The position numbers and the translations under genes were made by a program. Positions 44,866 through 55,051 of a stretch of 56,356 bases of DNA are shown here, piece by piece. The stretch lies in NCBI GenBank assembly GCA_050480685.1, contig JBJHAV010000001.1:1-56356 (forward strand). Reading direction: 5' to 3'. How positions within the stretch are numbered: the first letter of the stretch is position 1; every line of letters begins with the position of its first letter. The notes below the pieces were generated by a model. It was not told where the DNA came from. It made no database searches and saw nothing but the letters and a program-made list of their open reading frames with translations. Source of the stretch: Planctomycetaceae bacterium (GTDB lineage Bacteria > Planctomycetota > UBA1135 > GCA-002686595).

Positions 44866-46896
44866 ATGAACCGACGCTCTACCGTCCTGCGAGCCGTGGC
44901 GTTCACGCTCGCTGTCGTGGTCGCGGTCGTCTGGTTTGTTTCGGACTTCGCTCCCGAGGGCCAGCTTCCGGGGAACGACTTCGCGGCGCGGGGGCTGCCC
45001 GCGAGTGCATCGGGCGGGGAGGGTTCGACCGCGATCCAGCGGCCCGCCGACGACGAGTCGATGCGCAAGGAGATCTCTGCGATCTCTGCTCCACAGTCTG
45101 CCGCGGCCGCACAGCGCGAGATCGTGGGCAGGCTTGTCCCGTGGCCGGACATCGGAAGCGGCGTTGCCGCCCTCGACGGCGAAATTGCGATCCGGATCGA
45201 AGCCCGGTACGAGCTGGGCGAGCCCCACCCAGCCGCGTCGTGGATCGTGTCCGTGGTGGAAGGCAGGTTCCGCATCGGGCTAGCCGAGACGTTGGATGGC
45301 ACGCTCCACTTCGCCGAGCCGCGACTCGGTGGCGGACCGGTACACCTTCTGGACGACCGCGTGCCGGTACGACCGGGAGTGGATGAGATCCGGCTCCGGG
45401 TCGCGACCGCGCCGACCCTCACCCTGCGTGACGCCGAGACCGGAGTGGAGCTCGGGCTAGCGTGGCTCGCCGGCTCAAGCACGGTCGTGCCCGGGGCGCG
45501 CCCGCGCTGGCCCTATCCCGATGTGAGCGACGGCAGCCCCGCCCTGCTGGAGCGCGACGCTCCCGTTCCTGTGGACGCCCTTCCCGCCGGCGGCCGAACC
45601 CTGATTTCGGCGCCCGGGTACTGCTGGCAGCGCATCGGCGACGTACACGCGCGGAGGGGAGGGACTGTGCTCTTGCGGCGCTCGGGCGCCCTCGACCTGC
45701 GCTTCCATTGGTCCGCGGGAAACGCGAGGCGCATCGAGCTGCTCCTGCGCCGGACGCCGCCCGATACCTGGGAGTACCCGTCCTACGCGTTCGCATTCGA
45801 TTCCCCGGGATCCTCGATCTCCCGAGAGTTCGCCGCTGTGTTGGAAGGGCTGGAGCCGGGAACGCTGCAGTTCGTCGCGGCCCTCGACGGCGACATGGAG
45901 CATCACCTCGCCACGGGCTCCGTCGAGATCGTCGCCGGCATAGCGACCGCCCTAGGGATCGACTTCGCTCCGGCCGCGGAAGTCGATGTCGAGTTCCACC
46001 TCTCGTTCGAGGACGCGGCCGACCGCGCGCGGGCCCGCTCGTTCCGCGTCGCGGCGACGGACCCGCTCGCCAAGCCTGAGTGGAAGGTGGGCCGTCGATT
46101 CGACCTCCCTGACGGGGACGAGCCCTTCGCGCACCTTGGGCCCCGCCCGATGCCGCCGGGCGACTACGTGGCCGTGTTCGACTTCCTCGGCCTCCGGCAG
46201 GCATTCCGCATCGCGGCGGAGCCGCCCATTCAGGGCGTCCTGATCGAGCTCCCGATGCTGCGGCCGGTCCCGGTCCGGGTCGTCGGCCCGGACGGGACAC
46301 CCGAGGCCAAGGCCGCCGTACTGGGCTGGCGCGCCCGTCTGGATGACGGCGACCTTCCGGACGCCATGGTCCTGTGGCACCCGAGGCTCGAGACGCCCGC
46401 CCACCTGCCCGGTGTCGTGCCGCTGCCCCGCGCGCCGCTCCTCGACCTCGACCTCGACGCCGGCGCCGCCGGCAACGTCGCGCTGCGCGGCGTCCCAGGC
46501 GGTCCGGAACTCGAGCTGCGCGTGCCTGCGCCGCGCACCCGCATCGAGCTAATCGCCCACGTGGACGGCCGCCCGACCTACGTTCCGAGCGACTGGTGGC
46601 ATTCGAGCTTCCACGTCGTGATGGAGGATGGGAGCACCGAGCCAGCCTGGCCCTCCCTCGCGGACCACGGGCTACTCAACTCGCCGCCGACCACGCTGAC
46701 CCGCTGGGGCGCGATCGGGGGCTCCCGAGCGACCGCGTCGCACGGCACCCTCTGGCTCCACCCGGACGCGGTGTCGCTGGTGATCGCGGGCGCTGCGCCG
46801 GGCGACCCCCCAAAGACATTCGACGCCGCCCGACTCCGCGAGACCGGCGGCCTGACCATCGACTTGACCGCAGCGCCGGTCGCGGGCGGGCAGTAA
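44866..46896 (+). CDS. N-terminally anchored hypothetical protein, possibly beta-sandwich repeats
   Basis: Anchor VLRAVAFTLAVVVAVVWFV and a 676-aa ORF with coding-like composition. No family recognised. Confidence 0.55.
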   Translation: MNRRSTVLRAVAFTLAVVVAVVWFVSDFAPEGQLPGNDFAARGLPASASGGEGSTAIQRPADDESMRKEISAISAPQSAAAAQREIVGRLVPWPDIGSGVAALDGEIAIRIEARYELGEPHPAASWIVSVVEGRFRIGLAETLDGTLHFAEPRLGGGPVHLLDDRVPVRPGVDEIRLRVATAPTLTLRDAETGVELGLAWLAGSSTVVPGARPRWPYPDVSDGSPALLERDAPVPVDALPAGGRTLISAPGYCWQRIGDVHARRGGTVLLRRSGALDLRFHWSAGNARRIELLLRRTPPDTWEYPSYAFAFDSPGSSISREFAAVLEGLEPGTLQFVAALDGDMEHHLATGSVEIVAGIATALGIDFAPAAEVDVEFHLSFEDAADRARARSFRVAATDPLAKPEWKVGRRFDLPDGDEPFAHLGPRPMPPGDYVAVFDFLGLRQAFRIAAEPPIQGVLIELPMLRPVPVRVVGPDGTPEAKAAVLGWRARLDDGDLPDAMVLWHPRLETPAHLPGVVPLPRAPLLDLDLDAGAAGNVALRGVPGGPELELRVPAPRTRIELIAHVDGRPTYVPSDWWHSSFHVVMEDGSTEPAWPSLADHGLLNSPPTTLTRWGAIGGSRATASHGTLWLHPDAVSLVIAGAAPGDPPKTFDAARLRETGGLTIDLTAAPVAGGQ

Positions 46897-47084
46897 CAGG
46901 GAGGTCGCCGAGCCGAGGCTTCGCAAGCGCTGACGGGCGGCGTGTTGCGAAGGTCAAGCACCCCCTCGCTGCCCGTGGGTGGGGGAGCTCACTTTCGCGG
47001 GCGTAACGCAATCCAGCCCGGGGATGTGTTGTTATCTTGTACCGACACCGTAGGTGCGCTCTCGGGCGGCCGCGGTGTCACCCC

Positions 47085-49628
47085 ATGGCATCTCCCAGGC
47101 CGGCAGACCTCGCGAGCGCGACCCCTCCCACGGGGGAGACTTCCCCCCTGCGGGAAGCCCGTCTCTATGCGGAGGCCGAGCAGATCTTCCACGAGGCCTG
47201 CGACCTGTCGGCGCACGACCGGGCAGCGCTGCTCGAACGCACCGCCGCGCGCAGCGAGCCGCTCGCCGACCTGGTGCGGCGACACAGGGAGACGCGCGGG
47301 CAGGTCGGTGACTTCCTCGACCCGGACTCCTCCACGGTGCGGACCGGCATCCCGGCGGCGGACGTCGCGGCGGGTTACGGTCCCTACGAACCCAAGCGGC
47401 TGATCGGCGCCGGGGGCATGGGCGTCGTCTACTTGGCGCGGGACCGGCACCTGGGGCGCGAGGTGGCCCTCAAGGTGCTGCGCACCGACTCCGCGGACGG
47501 GCCCGGCATGGCCCGCTTCCGCCGCGAGGCGCAGATCCTCGCGTCCCTCGACCACCCGGGCATCGCGAAGCTGTACGGCGCGGGTGTCGAGACGACGCCG
47601 CTGGGGCCCCAGGCCTGGATGGCCATGGAACTCGTGGCGGGCCGGAGCCTCGACGAAGCGGCCCGGGAAGGTTCCCCCGAACGGGTGCTGGAACTGCTGG
47701 CCCAGGTGGCCGACGCGGTCGAAGCCGCCCACCGTCTGGGGGTCGTGCACCGCGACCTGAAGGCGGCCAACGTGCTCGTCACCGCGGAGGGACGGGCCGT
47801 GGTGCTGGACTTTGGGGTCGCCCTGCTGAGGGCCGAAGGCCGCGCGACCAGCGTGCACACGCTCACGGGCCAAGTGCTCGGCTCCCTGGTCACGATGGCC
47901 CCCGAACAAACCCTCGGGAACGGCGCCGCCTTGGATCGGCGCGCCGACGTGTACGCCCTAGGGGCTTTGGCCTACGAGCTCCTGACCGGCAGCCTGCCCG
48001 TGGAGGTGCGCGGCGTCGGACCGGCGGAGGCCATGCGCCGCATCCGCGAATGGCCGCCCACGCCGGCGAGCCAAGTGGCTCCCCACCTGCCCCGGGCCGT
48101 GGAGCGAATCCTGGGCAAGGCCCTCGAGAAGGAACCCACCGACCGCTACGCCACCGCCGCGGACTTCGCCGCGGACCTGCGCGCCCATCTGGCCGGCCGC
48201 CCGGTCAGCGCCCGGCCGCTCTCCTCGTACCAGCAGGCCCTGCGTCTCGCCCGTCGGCATCGCGCCTTGGTCGCTGCAACGACGGCGATCATCGCCGCCT
48301 TGGCCCTGGGGCTCTCCTTCGCGCTGCTCGGGCTCTCCCGGGCTCGCCATGCGGAGCGCATGGCCCTGGAGTTGGCCGACGAACGTTTCATCGGCCTGCT
48401 CTCCGCGCGGATGGACTCCCTCTGGCCGGCAAAGCCCGAGATGCTGCCCGAGTTGCAGCGCTGGCTCGACCAGGCCGAGGGCATCGCGGCGCGCTATGAA
48501 CTGTCGCTCGCCTCCGCAGCGCCGGCGGTGGCCGGCCTCGACGCCCTGCTCGATCCGGAGGAGGGCGCCTTGGTCGCCCTGCGCGAGCGCGTCGCCTGGG
48601 CCCGCGACCTGCACGGCGCTTCGATCGAATCCCAGCGGGACGCCTGGGAGGCCGCCGCCGCACGGGTGGCCGCAGCGCCGGCCTACGGCGGACTGGAACT
48701 CCCGCCGCAGCTCGGTCTGGTGCCCCTCGGACCCGACCCCCGAAGCGGCCTCGAGGAGTTCGCCGTGTTCGGCACGGGCTCGATCCCAAGGCGCGAAGAG
48801 CAGAGCGGCGAGCTGCTTTTCAGCGGCCGTTCGGCGGTCGTGTTGGTGCTGCTTCCCGGCGGCCCGTTCCTCTTCGGCCAACAGGGCAACGACCCCACCG
48901 GCCCCAACTACAGCCCCTTCTCCCGCCGCCACGAGGGCCCCCCCATCACCCTCGATCTGGACCCCTTTTTCCTCTCGAAGTACGAAACGACCCAGGGCCA
49001 GTACCTGCGCGTGATGGGCGACAATCCTTCCCAATCCACCCCGGCGGACAGCGGGCAGACCTATCAGGTGACCCTGCGCCATCCGGTGGAGAGCCTTCCC
49101 TACGCGGCCGCCCTAGAGTTCGCCCGGCGCCTGGACCTGCTCTTGCCGACCGAGGTCCAGCACCAATACGCGACCCGGGCCGGCACCACGACGGGCCACT
49201 GGGCGGGAGAGCTCTACGAGGACCTGGACGGCAAGGAGCGGGTGGCCGGCCTGGAACGGGCCGGGAGTTACCTCACGCCGCGCGGTCCCCGTGCGTTCCC
49301 GGTCCTGCGCAACCACACACCCACCGGCGCCTACGCCCCCAATCCCTTCGGGCTCTACGACATGATCGGCAACCTCGCCGAGTGGTGCCGGGACCCCTTC
49401 CTGCCGACCCTGGAGCCGAGCGACTTCGCGCCCGGTGACGGGGCGCGCCTCTCGACCCACTACCCCGACGGCGGGTTGGCTCGCCACCGGGTGCTGCGTG
49501 GAGGCGCGGGCGTTCCCGCCCAAGCCTGGACAGGGCACCGCACGGGCGCCGTCGAAAACACGAGCCACATCGACCTGGGCTTCCGCGTGTCCCGCGCCGT
49601 CGATCGCATCGAGCGCGGGCGTCCTTGA
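47085..49628 (+). CDS. Receptor Ser/Thr protein kinase with an extracytoplasmic FGE/SUMF1 (formylglycine-generating-enzyme-like) domain
   Basis: GAGGMGVVYLARD, VALKVL, HRDLKAANVLV, DFG and APE kinase motifs. One TM helix (LVAATTAIIAALALGLSFALLGL). C-terminal FGE-sulfatase motifs (FLSKYETTQGQY, NPFGLYDMIGNLAEWC, RVLRGG). ATG at 47085. Confidence 0.85.
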   Translation: MASPRPADLASATPPTGETSPLREARLYAEAEQIFHEACDLSAHDRAALLERTAARSEPLADLVRRHRETRGQVGDFLDPDSSTVRTGIPAADVAAGYGPYEPKRLIGAGGMGVVYLARDRHLGREVALKVLRTDSADGPGMARFRREAQILASLDHPGIAKLYGAGVETTPLGPQAWMAMELVAGRSLDEAAREGSPERVLELLAQVADAVEAAHRLGVVHRDLKAANVLVTAEGRAVVLDFGVALLRAEGRATSVHTLTGQVLGSLVTMAPEQTLGNGAALDRRADVYALGALAYELLTGSLPVEVRGVGPAEAMRRIREWPPTPASQVAPHLPRAVERILGKALEKEPTDRYATAADFAADLRAHLAGRPVSARPLSSYQQALRLARRHRALVAATTAIIAALALGLSFALLGLSRARHAERMALELADERFIGLLSARMDSLWPAKPEMLPELQRWLDQAEGIAARYELSLASAAPAVAGLDALLDPEEGALVALRERVAWARDLHGASIESQRDAWEAAAARVAAAPAYGGLELPPQLGLVPLGPDPRSGLEEFAVFGTGSIPRREEQSGELLFSGRSAVVLVLLPGGPFLFGQQGNDPTGPNYSPFSRRHEGPPITLDLDPFFLSKYETTQGQYLRVMGDNPSQSTPADSGQTYQVTLRHPVESLPYAAALEFARRLDLLLPTEVQHQYATRAGTTTGHWAGELYEDLDGKERVAGLERAGSYLTPRGPRAFPVLRNHTPTGAYAPNPFGLYDMIGNLAEWCRDPFLPTLEPSDFAPGDGARLSTHYPDGGLARHRVLRGGAGVPAQAWTGHRTGAVENTSHIDLGFRVSRAVDRIERGRP

Positions 49629-50200
49629 CCCCATCGCAAACAAAACCGAACATGCCCTCCATGACCAGCGCCGAGGGAGCCGGCGCGGCTCGCATCCCCT
49701 TCTCGCCCCAGGGGGAAATGGTGGCCGCGCATTACGAACGGCTGCGTTCGCTCGCCAAACGCCTGCTCGGCATGCCCGCCGGGTCCGGGATCGAGGCCAC
49801 GGACGTGGTGCACGAATGTTACCTGCGCCTCGAGCGGCTGGAGGGTTTCCAGGACCTGGGCTCGACCCGATTCCTCGCCCTGGCCGCCCGGACCATCCGC
49901 CACGTGCTGGTCGAAATGGCCCGCAGGCAGGGGGCTCTCAAGCGCGGCGGCAACCTGCACCGGGTGACCCTGCGCGCGGCCCTGGACATCGAGGGCAAGT
50001 CGGAGATCGACGTGCTCGACCTGGAAGAAGCCCTGGAGCGCCTGGACGGCCTGCATCCGCGCCAGGCCAGGGTGGTGGAGCTGCGTTTCTTCGGCGGCCT
50101 GACTGCGGAGGAGACCGCCGAGGTGCTGGGCATCGACCGCCAGGTGGTCCGCCGGGACTGGAACATGGCCCGGGCCTGGCTCCTGGACCAGCTCGGCTGA
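49625..50200 (+). CDS. ECF-type sigma-70 factor (TIGR02999 / kinase-associated ECF-like group)
   Basis: VVHECYLRL, RHVLVEMARRQGALKRGG, ARVVELRFFGGLTAEETAEVLGI and VRRDWNMARAWL. TTG at 49625 gives a TTGA overlap with the kinase stop. An ATG at 49652 is the alternative start. Confidence 0.8.
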   Translation: MTPSQTKPNMPSMTSAEGAGAARIPFSPQGEMVAAHYERLRSLAKRLLGMPAGSGIEATDVVHECYLRLERLEGFQDLGSTRFLALAARTIRHVLVEMARRQGALKRGGNLHRVTLRAALDIEGKSEIDVLDLEEALERLDGLHPRQARVVELRFFGGLTAEETAEVLGIDRQVVRRDWNMARAWLLDQLG

Positions 50201-50336
50201 CCCCCGCCGCGCCTCGGGCCGCCCGCGGCTGCTCCCGGCCGGCCCGGCCGATCGCCGCCGACCGCCCTACCCGCCCCGGCCGGGTCGCGCGGGCTCACGC
50301 TCGGGGTAGACTTCCGCCGAAGGGCCCCTGGGACCG

Positions 50337-51038
50337 ATGGATTCCCGGGTTCTCCAGGGCCGATTGGCCCCCCGTCCCCCGTTCACGATGGTCGAGACCA
50401 CCACCGCCGCGCCCGTCAAGCGCACCCACTGCCCCAACTGCGGGGCGAAGATCCACAGGCAGGACATGTCCAACTGCCTGTACTGCGCGATGCCCTTCGA
50501 CTTCGTGGAGAAGAAGGAGGAGGCCAAGCGCCCGTCGGCCCTGCAGGCTCGCCTGACGCGGATGCGTGAACACGCCGACTATGAAGCCGCGGCCGCCTGG
50601 GTCCCCCCCGGCGAAGAGGACCTGGAGCGGGCGAGCGCCAAGATCCGCTGGGGCACGATCCTGATCGCTCTCGGCGCGCTGCTGGTGCTCTGGGCCGTAA
50701 CCGGCGCCGGACTGGGTTGGGGCAGGCTCCTGATCGGACTCGCGGCCGCCGCTCCCGGGGCCAAACTGCTGCTGGACGGACTCAAGCTGCGGCGCGAACG
50801 GCTGCGCTTGCCCCTCTTGCGGCGCCCCGCCCTGGTCTCCGATCGGCGCAGCGAAACCTCCATGGGTTGGATGGATGGCAAGACCGTCTACTACTTCCAA
50901 ATGGAAATGGAGGACGGCGGCGGAGAGTTCCGCTACCCCGGACGCGGCACCCAGGACGACCTCTTGGTGAAGGGTTTGACCGGGCTGGCCTACACACGCG
51001 GCGACGTGCTTTTGGCCTTCAAGACCATCAAGGTCTGA
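50337..51038 (+). CDS. Zinc-ribbon membrane protein, uncharacterised
   Basis: CPNCGAKIHRQDMSNCLYC zinc ribbon, two hydrophobic helices (ILIALGALLVLWAV, LLIGLAAAAPGAKLLL) and a C-terminal soluble domain. An alternative ATG at 50388 is possible. Confidence 0.5.
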   Translation: MDSRVLQGRLAPRPPFTMVETTTAAPVKRTHCPNCGAKIHRQDMSNCLYCAMPFDFVEKKEEAKRPSALQARLTRMREHADYEAAAAWVPPGEEDLERASAKIRWGTILIALGALLVLWAVTGAGLGWGRLLIGLAAAAPGAKLLLDGLKLRRERLRLPLLRRPALVSDRRSETSMGWMDGKTVYYFQMEMEDGGGEFRYPGRGTQDDLLVKGLTGLAYTRGDVLLAFKTIKV

Positions 51039-51145
51039 CAGCCTGGGAAAAATTCGGACCGGCCCGGCCGGCGGCGTGACAAAGTGCGGCGAGTCATCGG
51101 CCACGGGCCGATCGAACTCCCCACCCAGCAGAGCGCCGACCGCCC

Positions 51146-51991
51146 ATGTGCCGATTCCTGCTCTACCAAGGTCCGGCCATTCGACTGAGCTCCCTGATCA
51201 CGGAGCCGACCCACTCGCTGATCCGCCAGAGCGCGCACTCCAAGGAGCGCGAGGAGCCGCTCAACGGCGACGGCTTCGGTTTGGCCTGGTACGTGCCGCG
51301 GCTGGATCCGCACCCGGCCCTCTTTCGGTCGGTCACGCCGGCTTGGAACGACGCCAACCTGCACGAGCTCGCGCGTGTGGTCGAGAGCCCCTGTGTGTTG
51401 GCCCACGTGCGCGCGGCCACCCAGGTGCGCTCCGTGTCCCAGGCCAACTGCCATCCGTTCACCCACGGCGACTACGCCTTCATGCACAACGGCGACGTGG
51501 GCGGATTCCACCGGGTGCGGCGCCGGCTCCTGGGCGAGTTGTCGGACCGCACCTTCGGCGCGATCCACGGGGGCACCGATTCGGAGCACGCCTTCGCGCT
51601 GATGCTCGAACACCTGCCCGAGCAAAGCGCGACGCTCGATCAACTCGTCGAGGGCATGCGCCGGGGCGTGCGGCATCTGCTCGGGCTCGTGGAGCAAGGC
51701 GCTCCCGGCAGCCACAGCTACCTGAACTTCGCGCTCTCCAACGGGCGCTGTTCGGTGGTCCTGCGCTTCAGCGACGACCCGGACCACCCGGCCGAAAGCC
51801 TCTACCTACACCGCGGCCGGCGCTACGTCTGCGAGGGCGGCCTGTGCCGCATGGTGGAGCCCGAGACCCAGGGCGGTGCGGTGATCGTCAGCTCCGAATG
51901 CCTGAGCGAGGATCCGGGCTGGGAGCCGGTGCCCCAGGGACACCTGATCGCCGTCGGCGAGGACCGCAGCGTGCGCGTCGAGCCGCTCTAA
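51146..51991 (+). CDS. Class II (Ntn) glutamine amidotransferase, YafJ/EgtC-like
   Basis: MCRFLLYQG with the nucleophile Cys at position 2, NGDGFGLAWY and HVRAAT motifs. Confidence 0.8.
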   Translation: MCRFLLYQGPAIRLSSLITEPTHSLIRQSAHSKEREEPLNGDGFGLAWYVPRLDPHPALFRSVTPAWNDANLHELARVVESPCVLAHVRAATQVRSVSQANCHPFTHGDYAFMHNGDVGGFHRVRRRLLGELSDRTFGAIHGGTDSEHAFALMLEHLPEQSATLDQLVEGMRRGVRHLLGLVEQGAPGSHSYLNFALSNGRCSVVLRFSDDPDHPAESLYLHRGRRYVCEGGLCRMVEPETQGGAVIVSSECLSEDPGWEPVPQGHLIAVGEDRSVRVEPL

Positions 51992-52022
51992 TCGGGAGGG
52001 AGGTCCGTGGGCGGCTCTTGTC

Positions 52023-52781
52023 CTAGAGGGCCGAGGCGGCCTCGGGATCGAGGAGAAGCTGGCAGTCCTTGTGGCCGGCGAGCAGCGAGAGGGGCGCATT
52101 GGGGTCGCGGTCGGCGACCAAGGCGTTGCGCACGGCTTCGGCCCGGTCGGCACCGAAGGCCAGGATGCGCACGCGCTTGGCCTGGCGGATGGTGGCGAGC
52201 CCGATCCCCAGGGCTTGGGTCGGAACTTCGGTGAACTCCGGATGCAATTCCGCCAACTCGCGGCGGGTGACTTCATCGAGCTCCACCAGCGCCGTGCGCG
52301 CTTCCGGGTCCACACCCGGCAAGTGGAAACCCAAACGCCCGGTCGAGCCCATGGGGATCGGCAGCACGTCGATGGGATCGGCGGCGGCGAGCAGCTCTTC
52401 ATAGCGCGCGCACTGCTCGGCGGCGCTCGACGTCCCCGGGTCGGCGCCGGGGAAGTGGATGTTCTCGTCGCGCGCGCCCCAGTGGTCGTAAAGGTGCGTG
52501 CGCAGCCAGTGGTGCATGGAACCCGGCGCGGCGGGATCGCGGCCGACGAACTCCGCCATTTCGAAAACACGCACGCCGGAGACCGGCAACCCGCCCTTCT
52601 CCTCGACGCCCGAGAGGCGGATCAGCTCCTTGGCCAGGCGATCCATGGGCGCGCCCGAGTGCAGGCCCAGGACCGCATCGCCGCGCTGGTAGCGCTTGGT
52701 GCGGATCCAGTTGCCCATCTCCCGGGCCACCGCAAGCACGGCTTCCTCGCGGGTGTCGAAGACGTACGTCTTCACGGGCAT
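52023..52781 (-). CDS. Glucosamine-6-phosphate deaminase / 6-phosphogluconolactonase family protein
   Basis: VLGLHSGAPMDRLAKELI and RILAFGADRAEAVRNAL fit the NagB/Pgl fold. ATG at 52781 (MPVKTYVF). Confidence 0.65.
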   Translation of the reverse strand: MPVKTYVFDTREEAVLAVAREMGNWIRTKRYQRGDAVLGLHSGAPMDRLAKELIRLSGVEEKGGLPVSGVRVFEMAEFVGRDPAAPGSMHHWLRTHLYDHWGARDENIHFPGADPGTSSAAEQCARYEELLAAADPIDVLPIPMGSTGRLGFHLPGVDPEARTALVELDEVTRRELAELHPEFTEVPTQALGIGLATIRQAKRVRILAFGADRAEAVRNALVADRDPNAPLSLLAGHKDCQLLLDPEAASAL

Positions 52782-52907
52782 GAACTCGATCTCTCGGCGC
52801 AAAGTTCGTTCCTCGAAGGAGGCTGGGATGGGCTCGGGTCCTGCCCGCGCGGCGTGAGAATAACCCAAGCGCGCGGGAAAGTGCCGCCCGGCCGGGGCCC
52901 GCGGGGC

Positions 52908-54983
52908 TCAGGGCCGGCGCGTTCGCCTGCGTGAGGTGCCCGGGCGGCCCTTGGCCTTGCCCTTTGCTCCGCGCGCGGCTCCGCGCGCCTTGCCCGGCGG
53001 CGCTCCCGCGCCCTGGGCCTCGGACCCGGCGGGGCACCAATCGGCGGGGGGAGGTTGGCCCTTGATCTCGAAGACGAAACGCGAGGGGTGGCACAGGGAG
53101 CGCCCGCCGCCGCGGTTTCGCTGGGCGCACCAGGAGAGCACCAGCCGTTCCTGGGCGCGCGTGATGCCCACGTAGCAAAGGCGCCGCTCCTCCTCGACGC
53201 CGTCCTCGGCCACCGCGCGCCCGTGGGGCAAAACACCCTCTTCCAAACCGACCAGGAACACCCGCCGGAACTCCAGGCCCTTGGCGGCGTGCAAGGTCAT
53301 CAGCGTGACCACGTCGCGCGCTTCGCCCTCGGTTTCGGGCCGGTCGGCGGACTCCAGGCTCAGTTCGTCGAGGAAGCGCTCCAAGCTCGGCCGTTTGCGC
53401 CGGCGCTGGTGGTTGCGCGCCATGTCGATCAGGTCCTCGACCGCCTTCCAGCGCGCCTCGCGGGTCGTGTCGTCGGGATAGGTGCGATCCACCTCGGAGC
53501 GGTAACCGACGCGCTCCACGAGTTCTTCGAGCCGGGCTCCCAAATCACCGCCGGAGGTGTTTTCGCCCCACTCGGCGAGGGTCGCCATGAGTCCTTCCAC
53601 GGCCCGCGCCGCGCCGCCCGAGACCCCGGCCTCGGCGGCGTGTTCGCCGAAGACATCGAGCACCGAGAGGCCTTCCGCGGTGGCGTGCTCCAGGGCCCGC
53701 TCGATGCTCGTGCGGCCCACGCCCCGGGGCGGGCGCTCGACCACGCGCAAGAAGGCGGTTTCGTCCCCCGGATCGAGGGCCAGCCTCAGGTATCCGAGCA
53801 CGTCCTTGACCTCCTTGCGGTCGAAGAAACTCATGCCGCCGATCAACACGTAGGGCAGGCCGCGCTGGCGGAACTGGGCTTCGAAGACCTTGGGCTGCGT
53901 CGCCGTGCGGAAGAGCACGGCGAAGTCGCGGAGGGCCGCCTGACGGCCTTGCACCGCCGAGAGGATCGTGCGCGCCACTTGGTCCGCTTCCTGGACCTCG
54001 TCCTCGGCCACGAAAGCGGTCACCGGCTCGCCCGAGGGCAGGGCCGCGCGCAGGGTTTTGCCGTGGCGCAGGGGGTTGTTCGCGATCACCGCGTTGGCCG
54101 CGGTGAGGATCTCCGGCGTCGAGCGGTAGTTGGTTTCCAGGCGCACGACCTTGGCGCCGGGAAAGTCGCGCTCGAAGTTGAGGATCTTGCCGACATCGGC
54201 TCCGCGCCAGCCATAGATCGATTGGTCGTCGTCGCCGACCGCGCACAGGTTGCCGCTCGCGCCGGCCAGATGGCGCAGGATGTCGTACTGGGGTGTGTTC
54301 GTGTCCTGGTACTCGTCGACCTGCACGTAGCGCCGACGTGTGCGCTGCTCGGCTAGCACTTCGGGGTGTTCGCGGAAGAGCCGCAGGGTTTCGAGCAGGA
54401 GATCGTCGAAGTCCAGGGCGCGCGAACGGCGCTGCCAAGCGGCATAGGCCCGCCAAACGCGCCCGATGCGCTCCTCGCGGTCGTCCGCGGCCCCTGCCAG
54501 GAAAACCTCCGGGTCCTGTCCGCGGCTCTTGGCCAGGGAAATGCGGCCGAGCACATCCCGCGGGCGCAGCTCCGCTTCGGCGATGCGCTGTTCGCGCAGG
54601 GCCTGCTTGACGGCCGAGGTTTGATCGGCTTCATCGAGCAACGCAAACCTGCGTCCCAGGCCCAAACGCTCCGAGTTCTCGCGCAGGAGCGCCATGCAGT
54701 AGGCGTGGAAGGTGCCGATCGACAGGCGCGCCGAAGGTTCACCGACCAGGGTGCCGATGCGCTCGCGCATCTCGGCCGCGGCCTTGTTCGTGAAGGTGAC
54801 GCAGAGAATGTGCTCGGGCTCCACGCCGCGCGCCACCAGTTGCGCGGTGCGCACGGTGATCACACGGGTTTTGCCGCTGCCCGCGCCCGCCAGGACGAGC
54901 AACGGTCCTTCCGTGCATCCGACCGCTTCGCGCTGCTCGGGGTTGAGCGAGTCGAGGGCCTGCTCCAATCGCGCTTCGAGCAT
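52908..54983 (-). CDS. UvrD/PcrA/Rep-family superfamily 1 DNA helicase with a basic C-terminal tail
   Basis: LNPEQREAV, AGAGSGKTRVIT (Walker A), VDEYQDTN, TNYRST, TLMTLHAAKGLEF and LCYVGITRA motifs. ATG at 54983. Confidence 0.9.
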   Translation of the reverse strand: MLEARLEQALDSLNPEQREAVGCTEGPLLVLAGAGSGKTRVITVRTAQLVARGVEPEHILCVTFTNKAAAEMRERIGTLVGEPSARLSIGTFHAYCMALLRENSERLGLGRRFALLDEADQTSAVKQALREQRIAEAELRPRDVLGRISLAKSRGQDPEVFLAGAADDREERIGRVWRAYAAWQRRSRALDFDDLLLETLRLFREHPEVLAEQRTRRRYVQVDEYQDTNTPQYDILRHLAGASGNLCAVGDDDQSIYGWRGADVGKILNFERDFPGAKVVRLETNYRSTPEILTAANAVIANNPLRHGKTLRAALPSGEPVTAFVAEDEVQEADQVARTILSAVQGRQAALRDFAVLFRTATQPKVFEAQFRQRGLPYVLIGGMSFFDRKEVKDVLGYLRLALDPGDETAFLRVVERPPRGVGRTSIERALEHATAEGLSVLDVFGEHAAEAGVSGGAARAVEGLMATLAEWGENTSGGDLGARLEELVERVGYRSEVDRTYPDDTTREARWKAVEDLIDMARNHQRRRKRPSLERFLDELSLESADRPETEGEARDVVTLMTLHAAKGLEFRRVFLVGLEEGVLPHGRAVAEDGVEEERRLCYVGITRAQERLVLSWCAQRNRGGGRSLCHPSRFVFEIKGQPPPADWCPAGSEAQGAGAPPGKARGAARGAKGKAKGRPGTSRRRTRRP

Positions 54984-55051
54984 TGCGGCGCGGTCGCGCA
55001 AAGGCGCCGCTCGGCGTAGGATACCCGCCGCCCGAGCCCACACACACGCAC

